Below, one piece after another: positions 1 to 13,300 of a stretch of 64,000 nt of DNA. The stretch is taken from NCBI RefSeq assembly GCF_000150275.1, contig NW_002060966.1:262415-326414 (forward strand), given 5' to 3'. Origin of the DNA: Trichoplax adhaerens. Taxonomy: Eukaryota; Animalia; Placozoa. Under the pieces are notes generated by a model. The model was not told the origin of the DNA and made no database searches. It saw nothing but the letters and a program-made list of their open reading frames with translations. Each line of letters begins with the position of its first letter. Position 1 is the first letter of the stretch. A program made the translations under genes and the position numbers.

Positions 1-3000
1 TACAGAATCGCTGTTGCTCATGTTATGCATGTATATGCTGCACAATACCTGTCTCTACAACTTCTTTTATATTTTGACTACCATTTATACTTGTACGACT
101 TGGAGCCTATAGATAGAAATCCATCATTTTAAGATATAGATTGCCTTGATTTTTCAATCAGCCAAAACTCTTTTGAATTTACGGTACAGTATTCTATAGA
201 TAATACTCATCATGCCATTTGTGACTAATGATAAAGTAATGGCTACTCCAACTAAGGAATTTCTGGAGTAACTAATTCAGTATTTCGGTGTAGGCATAGA
301 TAATCTGACGTCATCAATATAATGTTTACCTTAGATTCTAATTTTGGAGTTATTTCATTACATTCGTCATCGCTGTCATTATGGTCTGATTCTTCCACAC
401 CGACATGTCTTAAGTTACTGTAAGAGTGAGTTCGATTTTGTAGTATAATTTCCTGTGAGGTAGATTGAAAGATATATCTTGTAAACTGATACATTTCTGC
501 ACACGACTAGTGGTGAATAATGCAGTTTCGCGTAATAATTCATTACCTCGTCATTACAAGAAATATAACTGGATGGATTAGATGCATCCTTATCTAGATC
601 TTTAGTTTTGATAGGTATTGAGTGCCGGAACGAATTTGCTCCCTCCTTGGTGGAAATGATAAAATGATTAATATAAAAACAAAAAAATTGGCCATAAAGG
701 CATACACAACTACTTTACTCATTAATAACAGGATATTTCAAAACTCAAATACGGTAACAGATATATATTCATGGTTATCCTTATTTAAAATCCTCTATCT
801 TGAATATGACTAAGCATCGATACATTTTATAAATAAGAAGAAAACGCAAGTTTGCTTTTGAAGGCTCTCTTAAGCATAAGCTCTAAACTACTCTAGTTGT
901 TACCTCATTGTCATTATTTTGCTTAATTGATGGAGTAATATCGCTTGATTTTTTACTGCAGTTTTTAAGGCTAGAAATAACTTGTTTCCACGTTTTAGCC
1001 TATAACAGTCCAATAAATTAAAATAGGATTAACAGGATCCAGACGGAAAGGAACTCAATACATTGATCAACATTGTTGTATTTATATAGACGTTTTGTCA
1101 CATACATTGCTGCTAGTAATTTCATAAGATCGGACTCCATTCAAACAATTAGGAGGTATAATGGATTGTATACCCTAATAAATGATCAAGAATTTTATTA
1201 ATTTTCTATAATTAAATCCATAAATAGCGATTTAATATACATACTAGTGAGACTTCTACATCACTAGGTTCAATTCTTGTGCAAACACTAAGGTTAATAA
1301 CAAAATCGTCTAGACTGTCCTGTAAAAAACATCAAATTTGTCAATTAGTAACTAGACTCATGATGTTATGTAGGCAGCATATTGTCAAGTAATTCGTTAG
1401 ATAAAAATATTAAGCCATCAATAGCTCATTGATACGTATAATTTACTTTGGACTGAAAGACTTACATTGATTAAGGAGAAGTTATAAACTTGATTAATAG
1501 GAAATTTTTTAGTAACATGAAATAGTTCTGTTTTTCGGCCTTCTGACCAGTCACCATTGTTGGAAGTTAAATTGACGAAGAAGTATCTAAAATTATCAAT
1601 AAAAAATATAATTAAGTTTTTAATTCTATTGTCTATTGAAAGAAAGTAACATTTATATTAATACCACATATGAAATCAAGATTAATTTGCGGTAATAAAA
1701 TGAAATATATCAATAGAATAAACAATATTCATAAATCTGTGATAGGATAACTGAACAATCATTTTACCCACAACTATTTTCTTGTACTATATACCTATCG
1801 GAAGTATCAACCGATATAAATATTATAAAAAGATCAAGCTTACACTTTTAATCGTGGTAGTTTGGGAAGATTACATTCAGCATCCATTAAAGTAATACAT
1901 AATTGTCCTTTTTTCTGATAACTATAGAGAAAAATTATAAATTAGACGATTAGATAATATTATTCATGAGATGTAAGAGTAAAGGTTCAATTCTAAATCA
2001 ACATAAACAGCCAATAAAATACATACACGTATACATGTCTTAAATATAAATTTAACTTACCATATCTCACTTCGAACAACAAACTTCCAAGGTAATTCTA
2101 GATTGAATCAATGATAAAGGAAATAAATTTTATTTTTAACTTTTCAATATCTATTCTAATCATTTGAAAGTAATATAAATTGCAATTTTACTTTAAGTAA
2201 AATGGAGTAGGGGAAGGCGTATTATTGTAAACTTTGCTATGAATTTCGTAACTTATTATAGACGATCATATGGTGATAATCGAATTAAATTTTTTGCCTG
2301 GTACAATGCCAACATTAATTTTGACAAGAATGTAAATAAACAACTCTATGTGATAGTGATGATTTGTGACGTAGTGACTAGAAAAGTTTGTCTAATGACA
2401 AGATGATAGCATAGCAATGGGAATGGATCATCGAATCCAGTAGAGACGAACTAAACTTACTTTTCTTTAGATTGATTGAGTTATAACGACTAAGGATAGA
2501 TTGCTCATCGTTTTCTTCGTTGCAGCTTTCATCAGAATCACTATCCGATAAATCACTATTATGTTCGCTGTGGCCAAGACTGGGGCAGTGAACTCCGGTA
2601 CCTTCGCTTAAAAGGGAAATCAAGGATACTGCTCCTCCTTTAAAACTGAAGCCGGACCAATCTCTTTCGGTTATTGATTTCGATCTTTCCGAAGCTATGC
2701 TTATTTTACTATCTAATGTCGATAAATGTTCATCTTTTAAAAATTCCAATTGGCTTGAATTGATATTGCGAAATTCTTTACGTTCAATTAATCCTGGCGA
2801 CGCTGTCTGATGGCTATTATTACTAGTTATTTTGTTAGTATTGTTGTTATTATTGTATTCTGTAGATGTTTCTTGATTTGGTGAATACGATGATGGCGGC
2901 ATATATCTTGGGTGAGGAGAAGTTGTTTTTGTCTTCTGTGTAACTACATTAACACTAGGTAATGTCGGTGAGAATGCTGATCTTGTGGTATGGGCCATTC

Positions 3001-4399
3001 CCTGAACTGGGTATGCTGAGGCAGTTGGAATAGTATTATCCGATGACCTAAAAAAAGAGGAGTGGTTGCGATTTAAATCAAGTTTAGAGAAGATGCAGTC
3101 CTATTCCTACTTACTCTATTGCCTAAAACGATAACTATTCTCATAAATTATTTAAATAAATCATTATTGTAAATCTATCCTTTTCCAACTTACCATTGTT
3201 GTCGTGGTGCGGCCCATCTACTGGCCGCATATTCTTTTAGCTTACGTTGTAAAACAGCATTCATATCTAATGTTGCCTTTAATCGTGCAGCTAACAAGAC
3301 ACTAAAATGTAAAGAGAATGGATTAAATTTCAGACTATCGTATGATTGTCTAATATTTAGAAAGCGAGCATAAACGGATGTAGATTTCTTACTTTTCTTC
3401 TTGATAATGCTTGTTCTCTATTTGATACTGTTTAACTTTAGATGTTAAATAGTCAATATGGCGTTGAAGTCGTTCCTATTATTAATCAATGAAACTTATG
3501 ATTATACTGTATATATATATCATCTATTCAACTACAACAGTCACGTTATATATTACAATTCACAACACATGATTTATTTACCGATTCCGGCATCGAGTGT
3601 TCACTTCTTGTTTGACTTAAACCGCTATATAAAAAATCGTTTATGACATAAATTTAGTATAAAGGTTTTTAAAAGATCTACTTTCCAATTTACAGTAAAT
3701 CGAGAATTATCAAATGCTTATACAAAATTCGCTAACTTACCTATCAAGAAGGCCGCTACCGTAGATACCATCACGCTCTCCGTAAGGATACGAATTGAAA
3801 TTAGGAGGCCGATTAGTAGGTCTAGCAAAAGTTAGAATAGTTAGCACGCTTTTGACATAAATTCAATTGCAAATAAAAAGTTGGATTACAATAATCAAAC
3901 TTTCCAATTCAATTAAGTTGATTGAATTTTTTACTTACTCATAAAAATTATCTGGCATTCGTTCAAAGATCAGACCAGGATCATTAGTAGAAGCATGGGA
4001 ATAAGAAGACTGTGACGGATTAAATAAAATTGAAAATAAGAATTAGGGCTCAATACGTCTAGTCATCGTTGATCGTTCTATTCACTATCAATTATTCTAA
4101 TTAATGAACATGAAAAGAAAATTATAGTTTGAGTGGAAATTTTTAGCAGATATTCAACATTGTAATTCATAACGCTAATCTTATTGAATATCAACATCTT
4201 AGCCATAATTATTCGACTCACTGGTACTGATGCCAGACTAGACTCGGAACTACCACGATGTTGGAGAGGATACATCACATTTCTGTTTCTATAATCGAAT
4301 TGGCGTGGTGAGGAAATTGAATTAAAGCTGTCGTTTCTATTCGGCATGCGATTTGCTTCATCAGAAAATCCGCTTAAGCAAGTATCGAATGTTGTTGGC
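1..4399 (-). CDS. Multi-exon gene: Ser/Pro/Asn-rich protein with a short coiled coil and one divergent, probably Ca2+-independent C2 domain (ends not fully resolved)
   Basis: Phase-consistent GT-AG exons at about 4399-4222, 4009-3939, 3821-3741, 3624-3582, 3427-3393, 3302-3194 and 3047-2461 (contains ORF 2378..2998), then the C2 exons at about 2097-2060, 1921-1844, 1586-1466, 1319-1244, 1175-1106 and 999-904. Coiled coil YQEENVLLAARLKATLDMNAVLQRKLKEY. The C2 exons translate as NYLGSLLFEVRY-YQKKGQLCITLMDAE..YFFVNL..RKTELFHVTKKFPINQVYNFSL..FVINLSV..LG...TWKQV, a synaptotagmin-type C2 pattern without the Ca-binding Asp residues. The junction near 2460-2100 is unresolved. Confidence 0.7.
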
Positions 4400-7300
4400 C
4401 TAAGATTGCAAAGATATATATATACATAATTTATTAGTTTAATTTATTTATATTTTCGTATATTATTATGCATGAAAAACGATTTGACTATAAATAACCG
4501 GGCCTTATGATTGCATCATAAGGATTTTTTTCCGTATAAAACGCACAAGATTTAAAAGTGTTTGCGTTAACGAATGAAGAGTTTGATTACTGATAACTGC
4601 AGCTATTGTTTGCTGCGGAATTAAATTATTTCTTTCCTAATCTACAAGTTAAATAGGTCTTGCTAGATGATTCAATACAATCAGAGCATTTGATGAATCA
4701 ATTTTTTTGGATACCCAACCAATCGATGTTTCGTTTTCATGGATAGAGGTTATCAACTTTATAAAGTAATAGTATAAAAATAGATCGATTACGGTCATTT
4801 TTAACGTTAGTTCATACTTTTCCCCTTTTCTATAATTTTAGCGCATCCTTATAGGGTTCACAAGCGTTTATATAAGGGAAATGTTAGCTGCTAGGCCATC
4901 TTGCGCTTAACTACACACCGTGATATCATTCATGGAGGATAATAAGTTACTGTATTCAAAATATATATAATCTTCAAGGTTACTAATGTTCTAGGAAAGA
5001 GAATACTCTGCTGGTATAAAGTATTAGCTATACATTATATTGTGATTATGACACTCTCTATTTCCCCTTTCCCACCTTGTAAGTGACAACAAGTTAAATT
5101 GTGCAAATAGCGATTTTGAGAAGTTAAAAATACGTCCAATGAAAATTGAATGCCAAAAAAGTAAAATGAAATTCTTTCTAAGTGATATCAATAGCAAAAA
5201 CTAGTAGCAACAGTTTACTACATAAGGGATAATGCGCTATTATAGTTAATGACTAGCCAATGGAATCCCCGGCGAATTGACCGTTTGATTTTACTACTAC
5301 TGAAATGATATAAGAATTCGACCACTCTACCACTGTATAAACTAATCACTTAATCTACTATGAAGGTCTACTAGAAATTATTCATTTCATCTTGTGAATT
5401 TAAACCGATACGAATCATCTATACTAAAAAACGAGCAAATTACAAAATTAAAATAGGCCCATCGAAAATTAGATTCAATTTTGCTTCAAACTGATACGCA
5501 ATGATATCAATTTGATCGCGCCGTAATTTGTACTGCGGTCGTCTTTTTGACTATTGAGGAGATAGTCTTCGATTTGAATGACATTAACTTGGAATTTATA
5601 GAATTCTCTCACTTCCGATACACTTGTTCATGAAAGACCAAAAATATGCAAGTACGAATAGTAGAAGAATAGTCCGGCATGATTACGGAATTTAAAATCT
5701 ATATATAGGTCAGATATTGTTAGATTGATGTTCTCACACGCTGATTCTGAACTAAAGTAACTAGGTGTTCGTGACTTTGCTAGCTAGCAACGATAGTCTT
5801 TAAGGAATAAAGTTCGGTGGCTATGTTTGATCCTGTTAGCCATCTCATAGCGTGTTTTAATAGACTACGGGGTAGATGACAATTTTTAACAAAGATCTAA
5901 AGGCGGCATTCCTTTCTTTGGCTAATGTTTTGATTTTATGCTCCTCTCGAAGCCAAAAACGATTCAATTTCGATCATTGTAATTATTATTCTATTTAGAC
6001 GATGTAATAAGTGTAAATGAATTTTTACTAAATACTAGTAACCCAAATTGGAATTTTAACCGCAGTAAAAATGTGGTAGATTATAAATATCTAGTTGTAT
6101 ACAAGCTAGCTCTTTGCGATTAGGTGTGGACTGAAATCTCATTGCAATATTCTATCGTATTAGATCTTATTTATGATCTAAATACATGACATTTTATTCT
6201 TTTAAAGTTGAATGGCACGGGCAAAGATGCTCTACTTTATTTTAATTAACAAAAATAGTTTATCATTACGCCATTTTAATTAAAGATAGCTGTAACTTAT
6301 TTTGCTGCAGCATTAATATTTAGAATAATGACACTATTTGAATTAGAAAAACCAATGAATAATTTGTTCTACTAATTACTATAGCAAAAAGAGAAAGGTA
6401 AGAGAATGAAATGGCTTTATTAGCTTCATTATAGAAGGAGACAAGGAGTCGACTATTATTTCGGTCTAGTATCTTTTTGATATTTATAACAAAGCGCAGC
6501 AATTATAATTATTATTGTTAAACAGAGTGCGAAAAAATGTGTCAAGTAAGCTTAAACCGTTGCTCAAGAGGTCAAAATCTAATAGTGCTGTTCTTTTTAC
6601 TTGTACTTAGCAAATCATATTTTCAGCTTAAGAAATAAGGTAATAAATTTGAATTATCTTGCAATTTGCCGATGAATAGATAGGGAAATACTTTAAGCTA
6701 TAGTCGACTACGATAGCTTGAGCTATCAAGATTTCTTGAGATGTGTTCATAGCCACATTTCTATTAATGATGGCTACAATAGCAAGATGAATTACTTTTT
6801 CTTGCATTAAACAGAAATTCTATTCTATTTTAAAACGTTATTTAATACTTAAAAGACTGAAAGGTTATTATTTTTCGAATTGGACAATAACTGATAAATA
6901 CTTTCCGATGTAACTTACAATTTTTTGTATTAGTTAGTAAGGATGGATAGAATAACTTACTATTCCTCACACTATAGATTAAAAAGTGTCATGATGGTAA
7001 CAGAAGAAAACTCATCCATGGCAAATGAAAAAAATTAATCTTCAAAATCCTCCCCCCCCCCCCCTCAAAAAAAACTCGAAAAGAAATAAGAGAGCCGTTA
7101 AAACAAAAATAAATGATACATCTCGATAGTAATATCCAAGAAATGACTTACATGGGCATATTATCGCCATTTGTCCTTTCTGTGCTACTAAAACTATTTG
7201 AAGCCATGGCGGAACTTTGATAGAACCGCAGTTTTCCACCTGGCTATACTATCCAATAATTTTGTCGATGCCAAATGCTTGATCTGATACGCTTAAAAAT

Positions 7301-10300
7301 GCTTGTAAGTCTTTACTATGATAGTCAATCGATGATGATAAATGATCACTTGTGAAAATTCGATCTAATCTTGAATTGATAGTGACATAAAAAAGATTTT
7401 CCAATCGAATTGAATATTTAAAACGTTTCAATGTGTGCCATTGCAATCCATTAATCGTGTAATCCAAGTCTAAATGGAAATATAACGGAATGAAGGAGTA
7501 ACCGGACTAATAATAGTAATTAATATTGCCAGCCTAGAAACTGATCATTGCACAAAATTAAAATTAATGATAGAAGTAGCAATCACATTCCAAGCTTTGA
7601 AGATAGAGCTATTCTTTAAACTGCTATGGAATATCAAACATGCACAAAATCGTATGATCAAATCAATACATTTGGTTCATTGTTTACTAGAATGTATCAG
7701 CACAATTATGGAAAGAAGCCAACAAGTTGATAAATGACTGACAGCTGAAATATGAATTTATACAATCGAGAAATAGCTATTAAATTGTAGTAGTAAATCT
7801 CTCGTGCCATATGAGTATCACGTTGAGCTCTATTCCATCGACGATCGGCGTGATTCAAGTTAGTAGAGTCTAAATTATATGAAAAAGCAATCGAGGGAAA
7901 TGACAACAATTAGAATACAATATACATATAAAAGTATGATTGTTATTATTTCAACATTGCAAGCGAAGGAATGTGGATGTCATAATTAATAACAATATGA
8001 TCAATAAACGTCATTAGCGCTAAGTTAAGTGTTTAGAATAAGCAATACAAATGAATTTGAATATAACAATTAATTAATTAGTTCTTCTACCAATGATATT
8101 CACCATGCAGTGTGTAATGTCTTCACGTGTATTGCCATTATTGATAATTGTTAGGCGCTACCTATTGAGAAGAAGGATCTAAAAACAAGTTTTTCAACGT
8201 ACCATGCATTCCATAGCTATTTTGTTTGTATTTTTGCCATTTATTCACATGATATAGGTAAACAGTGATCCTCTTACTCTATCGGTAAGATCTGTCATTT
8301 GGCATAGCGACTACAACAGTGATAAACAATGGATTCGTTCTATTTATTCCCAGTCTATATGAAATTGCCATCTGTTACATGACAAAAACATAATATCTTC
8401 GTATACTGTTCGGCCCCAATCAGTCTAGATAGACTACGGGTGATGATGAGTAAGTTAATTGATTCGTTAGTACTATAGTTTCTACTGTATTAGCTTACAA
8501 GATAGCAGGTAATAACCCGTAAATGATGAATCCATGCTGCCGGTATCTTAATGCCACACCTAGTTATTACCTATCTTAACATCATTAGATCAACGAATGG
8601 TGCTTTCCACGTCGATTAGGTTGGCTGAAGGTTATATAGTATTAATACTAAGCTATTGGGTGCAATTGTCATACAACTAAATTTAATTTTGATATTATCT
8701 ACTGCGTATTAATCACTAATTTTCGAAAGAATACTTTCAATTCTTTTTAATTAGCTTTGATGATAGTCTAATCATTTAATTTATTGCAATAACGCATTCA
8801 ACGTTAATTACAAGTATAACTTCAACACACCTTATACAGTGTAAAATCGTGATTTTTGGGGGGACGGAGGGAGGGAATTTTACGAATTTGAATGGAATTT
8901 AAAACTCGCATCTCTCTCATTAGGCTTTTTATCAATTACACCTAGACCGCAACGTTTGTTATTGATTTGCGGTTTCTTTCTTAAATATATGACGATATAT
9001 TACGAGTAACATGTCATGTCCAAGAATAGATGATAACACGCTGATTTCTGAATTGGATACGACTAAAATTACGTCTACTATCTATTCCAATGTGCGATAG
9101 AGCTTATAGCTACACCAGGGTATAGAAATTTCAATACTGCTTAAATTAAAATAATCTCCTCTACAGTATAAGGAACACTCAATGGTATGCAGCATAGATC
9201 AACTTCAGTATCGAAAAGCAACTTTAAACAATATATCTGCTACTAGTAGTAAATGATAACTGAATTCCTTTACTACTTCCTCTTTTGTCAATGGCTAATT
9301 TATGCAGGGCGATTATTTTTGAAATGATAATAAATAATAGTTATGCTTTGATTCATAGTCTATAAAGTACTGATGAATTGTAATGAATTGTGATTATTTA
9401 CATTCTTCAATATGCACTTAAAATAATAAAAAAGGGTCCCATCGATATTAAGTGAAACGTATAGTACCATAGTATATAATCGTAGCTGATGATACAGTTA
9501 TCAGATATCGGCCACTATGAAATCTCACTTTATAGCCAGATATCTCGGTATAAATAAATATTAAGTAATTTACATGATAATCGAAATGATCAGCATATGC
9601 CGGTATTAAAATTGAATTAATGATACGCGAAATTATATGATATGCCATACCTTATCCTACTATTACGGCTAGGTACAAGTAGGGTATCACAGGCTTACAG
9701 CTAGATACTTTGGTAGTAACACAGTTAATACGAAAATGTGAACTAGCATTCAAAATTCAGTAATATGAACTAATACTAATCGAAGATATGCGATTGTAAA
9801 GGATTATAACAATTATAATTATTAAATGGTCATATGTTGCATTATTTAAGTATTTGCCTGATGTTTCACCTTGCTGTCAAGCATGCAGACTTGAATATGC
9901 TAATATTTATCTTAAACTCAAAGAAATTTTTACAAGATCACATTTAACATGTGAACCGCTATTGAATAATGCTTACGCTATATGACTAGATGCTAATATT
10001 AGCTGTAGCCAATAATGCAGAATTTAATAAAAGACAGATTTGCTACTACGTAAGTATCGATAAAAATTATATTTTGCAGGTTCATATACTAGTTGTTAAT
10101 AGAAATTTCAAATTGAGTTAGCGATACAACATACATCCAGTATTGTAAGAGTAGCAAGTAAAAGAATTAATAGTTATTAAATATATAAGTTATATAGCAT
10201 AGGATATAATGGTTTTATTAATTGATAGATAAAACTGTCTTCGTTTATTACTATAATATAGGACTAAGTTTCGTAATGAAATGCTATGATAGGCTAAGGC

Positions 10301-13300
10301 ACGATCCACCTACAACAAAATTGTTTTTCTATCTGTTCAGCTAAGATTTAGAGTAACAAATACTGGAGAATAAAATTTTTTGATGTTAAACTGACGGGAA
10401 CTATACTTGTTTATTTGATTTAATCTTTCACAATATTACTTCCGTCCTTTTTCAAAACATAAAAATTGATTACCGTACATCCCTCTACGATCGACGTACT
10501 GTTTTACAAGCATGTTACGTATTAACTATAGACTTAATGTTATTACCTATTATGCATGCTACAAATAAGATTGTAGACAGTATATCAACACCGCTATAAT
10601 CCTACGCTATCAAGGCGATCACGTCTCTCATCTATGCATAATTCGAAATAGTTCAGATTAATGATTGATTGATTGATGACTGATGCAATAACCGAGAAGG
10701 TTACCCATCGTTACTTGAGGTATTTAAATAAAGTAAACAGATGAGAAATGTTTACACTACAGTAAATATTGTCGTCAACGTGCTGTATCATCTGCTTATT
10801 TGCTTGTATAATTTCTGAATAATAAATTTGTTATTCTTTAGTAATTTCAATTGGTACAGTATATACGGTATCACTCAGCACTTCCACGTGGCTTAAGGGT
10901 CCTATTTTTAAAATTTCAGATTACCATATGCCATTTATAATACTGTCTATCTCTTACACGTAGGTAATATAATAGCTATCCAGTAATCGCACTGTCTAAC
11001 ATCTAGCTACAATTTTTAAGGATTAGTCATGCCGGTTAGCTTAGCCCCACCCAACAAATTTATCTATGTGCGATATATATATTTATATGCATACAGCATA
11101 CACCCTTAAAGTATGAGCATAATGCGGATATGATACCTAATGTTGACTGAAATACAGTATTATATAGAGTAGTAATTACTTACTGTTAGGCTCAAAACGG
11201 CAATTATGTTTTTGTAATTTCATTATCTGCGGTTATATTACAGCATTTATATTAACTTAAAATGATACTAACATGCTAGTATTTTCGATTAGTTTATTTG
11301 TTTTATAAGTATATGATAGCTTATTACCAGGGTCAATAAATCTAAATTCTTTCATAAAAGTTACGATATTTTACTCGAATATAGCAGTATCAAATTATTT
11401 ACATCTCAGTAGCCAATCGGGTTACCATTGAGGTCTTAAATTCGGTTAAAAACTATCATAGGAACTTGAGCTTACAAATTTGTTATTAAAATTGCTTCAT
11501 TACCGTCATGTTAACTTATATATTTTAGCGAATCAGTTGTACTCTACTTAGCTAGTTAAGGAACATTAATTACCATTATCACGTGGTGGAGACCTATAAT
11601 CTAAAAAATTTACTATCGTATAGCTTGATCAGATTCTTAAAACTACGATTAAGCTAGCTAAAATATCTGCATAAATATATACTGGCATGTTGCTAGTACA
11701 TCGCACTGAACGTATCGCGTTTACTTCGAAAATATAATTATATATGTGAGTTCATCAGAATGGTTCTTATACTGTAAGATATTGCTGGTATTACTTTTTA
11801 AATCCTACTAATTTAATGATGTATATTCCGATTCGATTTTATGAAATAGGAGATATTTTCATGAAATAATATTTTGGCTCTATTTCAATCTCATCATTAA
11901 GAACTATACGTATATATATACATATCAGTATTACTGTAGATGTCTGGGAATTGATAGAATACTACAATCATATGCGTTAATCCTGTAGGTGAAAAGAAGG
12001 TCAGATGGAATGTAGATTACTAGATACTGTATTGACAGAATACGATTATAATATTTATCCACCACAACTAGTGCTATCAAGATTATGGATAAGACGTTAT
12101 ATGCAAGTTTAAGTAAATCGTTATATTTAGTAATATCTGATATACATATATATATCACGTAGTTACTGTATTATAGTCTTTGTAATCAACAAAAAAAAAT
12201 GAGTTGGAGTATCTTATGCGATATAAATTGCTCACCGCAGTGGGTTAACGAAACAAAATTTGGACCGCACAAGTTGTGATATGGAATCAATACTAATTGT
12301 CTGCCTTGAAGCGTTCGTTTTATCTAGAACTGAAAACAGGTCGGTAGTTTTATAGGGCCTTACATTCTTGAGTTATGAAGTTGTAAAAACGACTAAAAAT
12401 AAATACGAGTTTGTGCTAGCACAGTATTCACTAGCTAGAAGTTAATCGAGAAATTTGTATTGGTGTACCATCTAACTTTGGTAGAAATCTATAATCTACT
12501 AAATATTGTAGCTATTAGCAACTCGAGAATGGTAGCCGTTATTTATCTGTTCCAAAGTACTTTATTAGCTTGGTACGAAGCAGCCTACTAATTGGCTTCT
12601 ACAATCGGACGTTGCTATTTCATCAATAAATGATACGATTATAATATACTATATTTGAAATAGGATTGCTTCCTATCTAAGTGAAAGCCGTATAACAAAA
12701 TTGAGTTTCATTCTGCCGAGCAGATGCTGCCTTATTTTATCATGCCTTGTTGTAATTCGTATCTGCGACAGCTACTACTTTTATTTTGAATCTCATTAAG
12801 TTGGCTAAATTAGATCAAAACTAGTTGAAGTAGAAAGTATTTAAATGAGTATTGGAGGATAAGAGTATCAGTTTGCGGCACCGCCTCATTATTATAATTA
12901 ACAATATACAGCACTACACATGGGCTTTAGACTGATGATATTCAATGTCAATTTAAAATTTTATACTTTGATATTTGCTGGTAATACGATTGTTATGGCA
13001 CACGTTGTGGTTGAAGGAAATGTCAACATTAAGATGACTATTATGAGAATTTAAATGTTATTAAAAGGCAACTGGAATTAGCAGTTCAACACTGGTCCCC
13101 AAATATCAATGTTTCGACCTATATTTTAGTCCAGGGTTTAAAGCACTACACTAGCGTGTCCTTCACCTTGTTAGCTTATCAAACAACGCCATTGGGTTAG
13201 CAACTTAGTATAGTACACGCGTATAAATACTTTACAATTTATTTAAGTTTGTGTCTACTGTAACTTGATAATCTAAGGAGGAAAATTTAATGCTCAAGAT

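Noticed and set aside
6320-12158. Short 60-75 aa ORFs in the long non-coding region (similar ones at 48993-52075)
   Set aside because: AT-rich random ORFs with no motifs or splice support.
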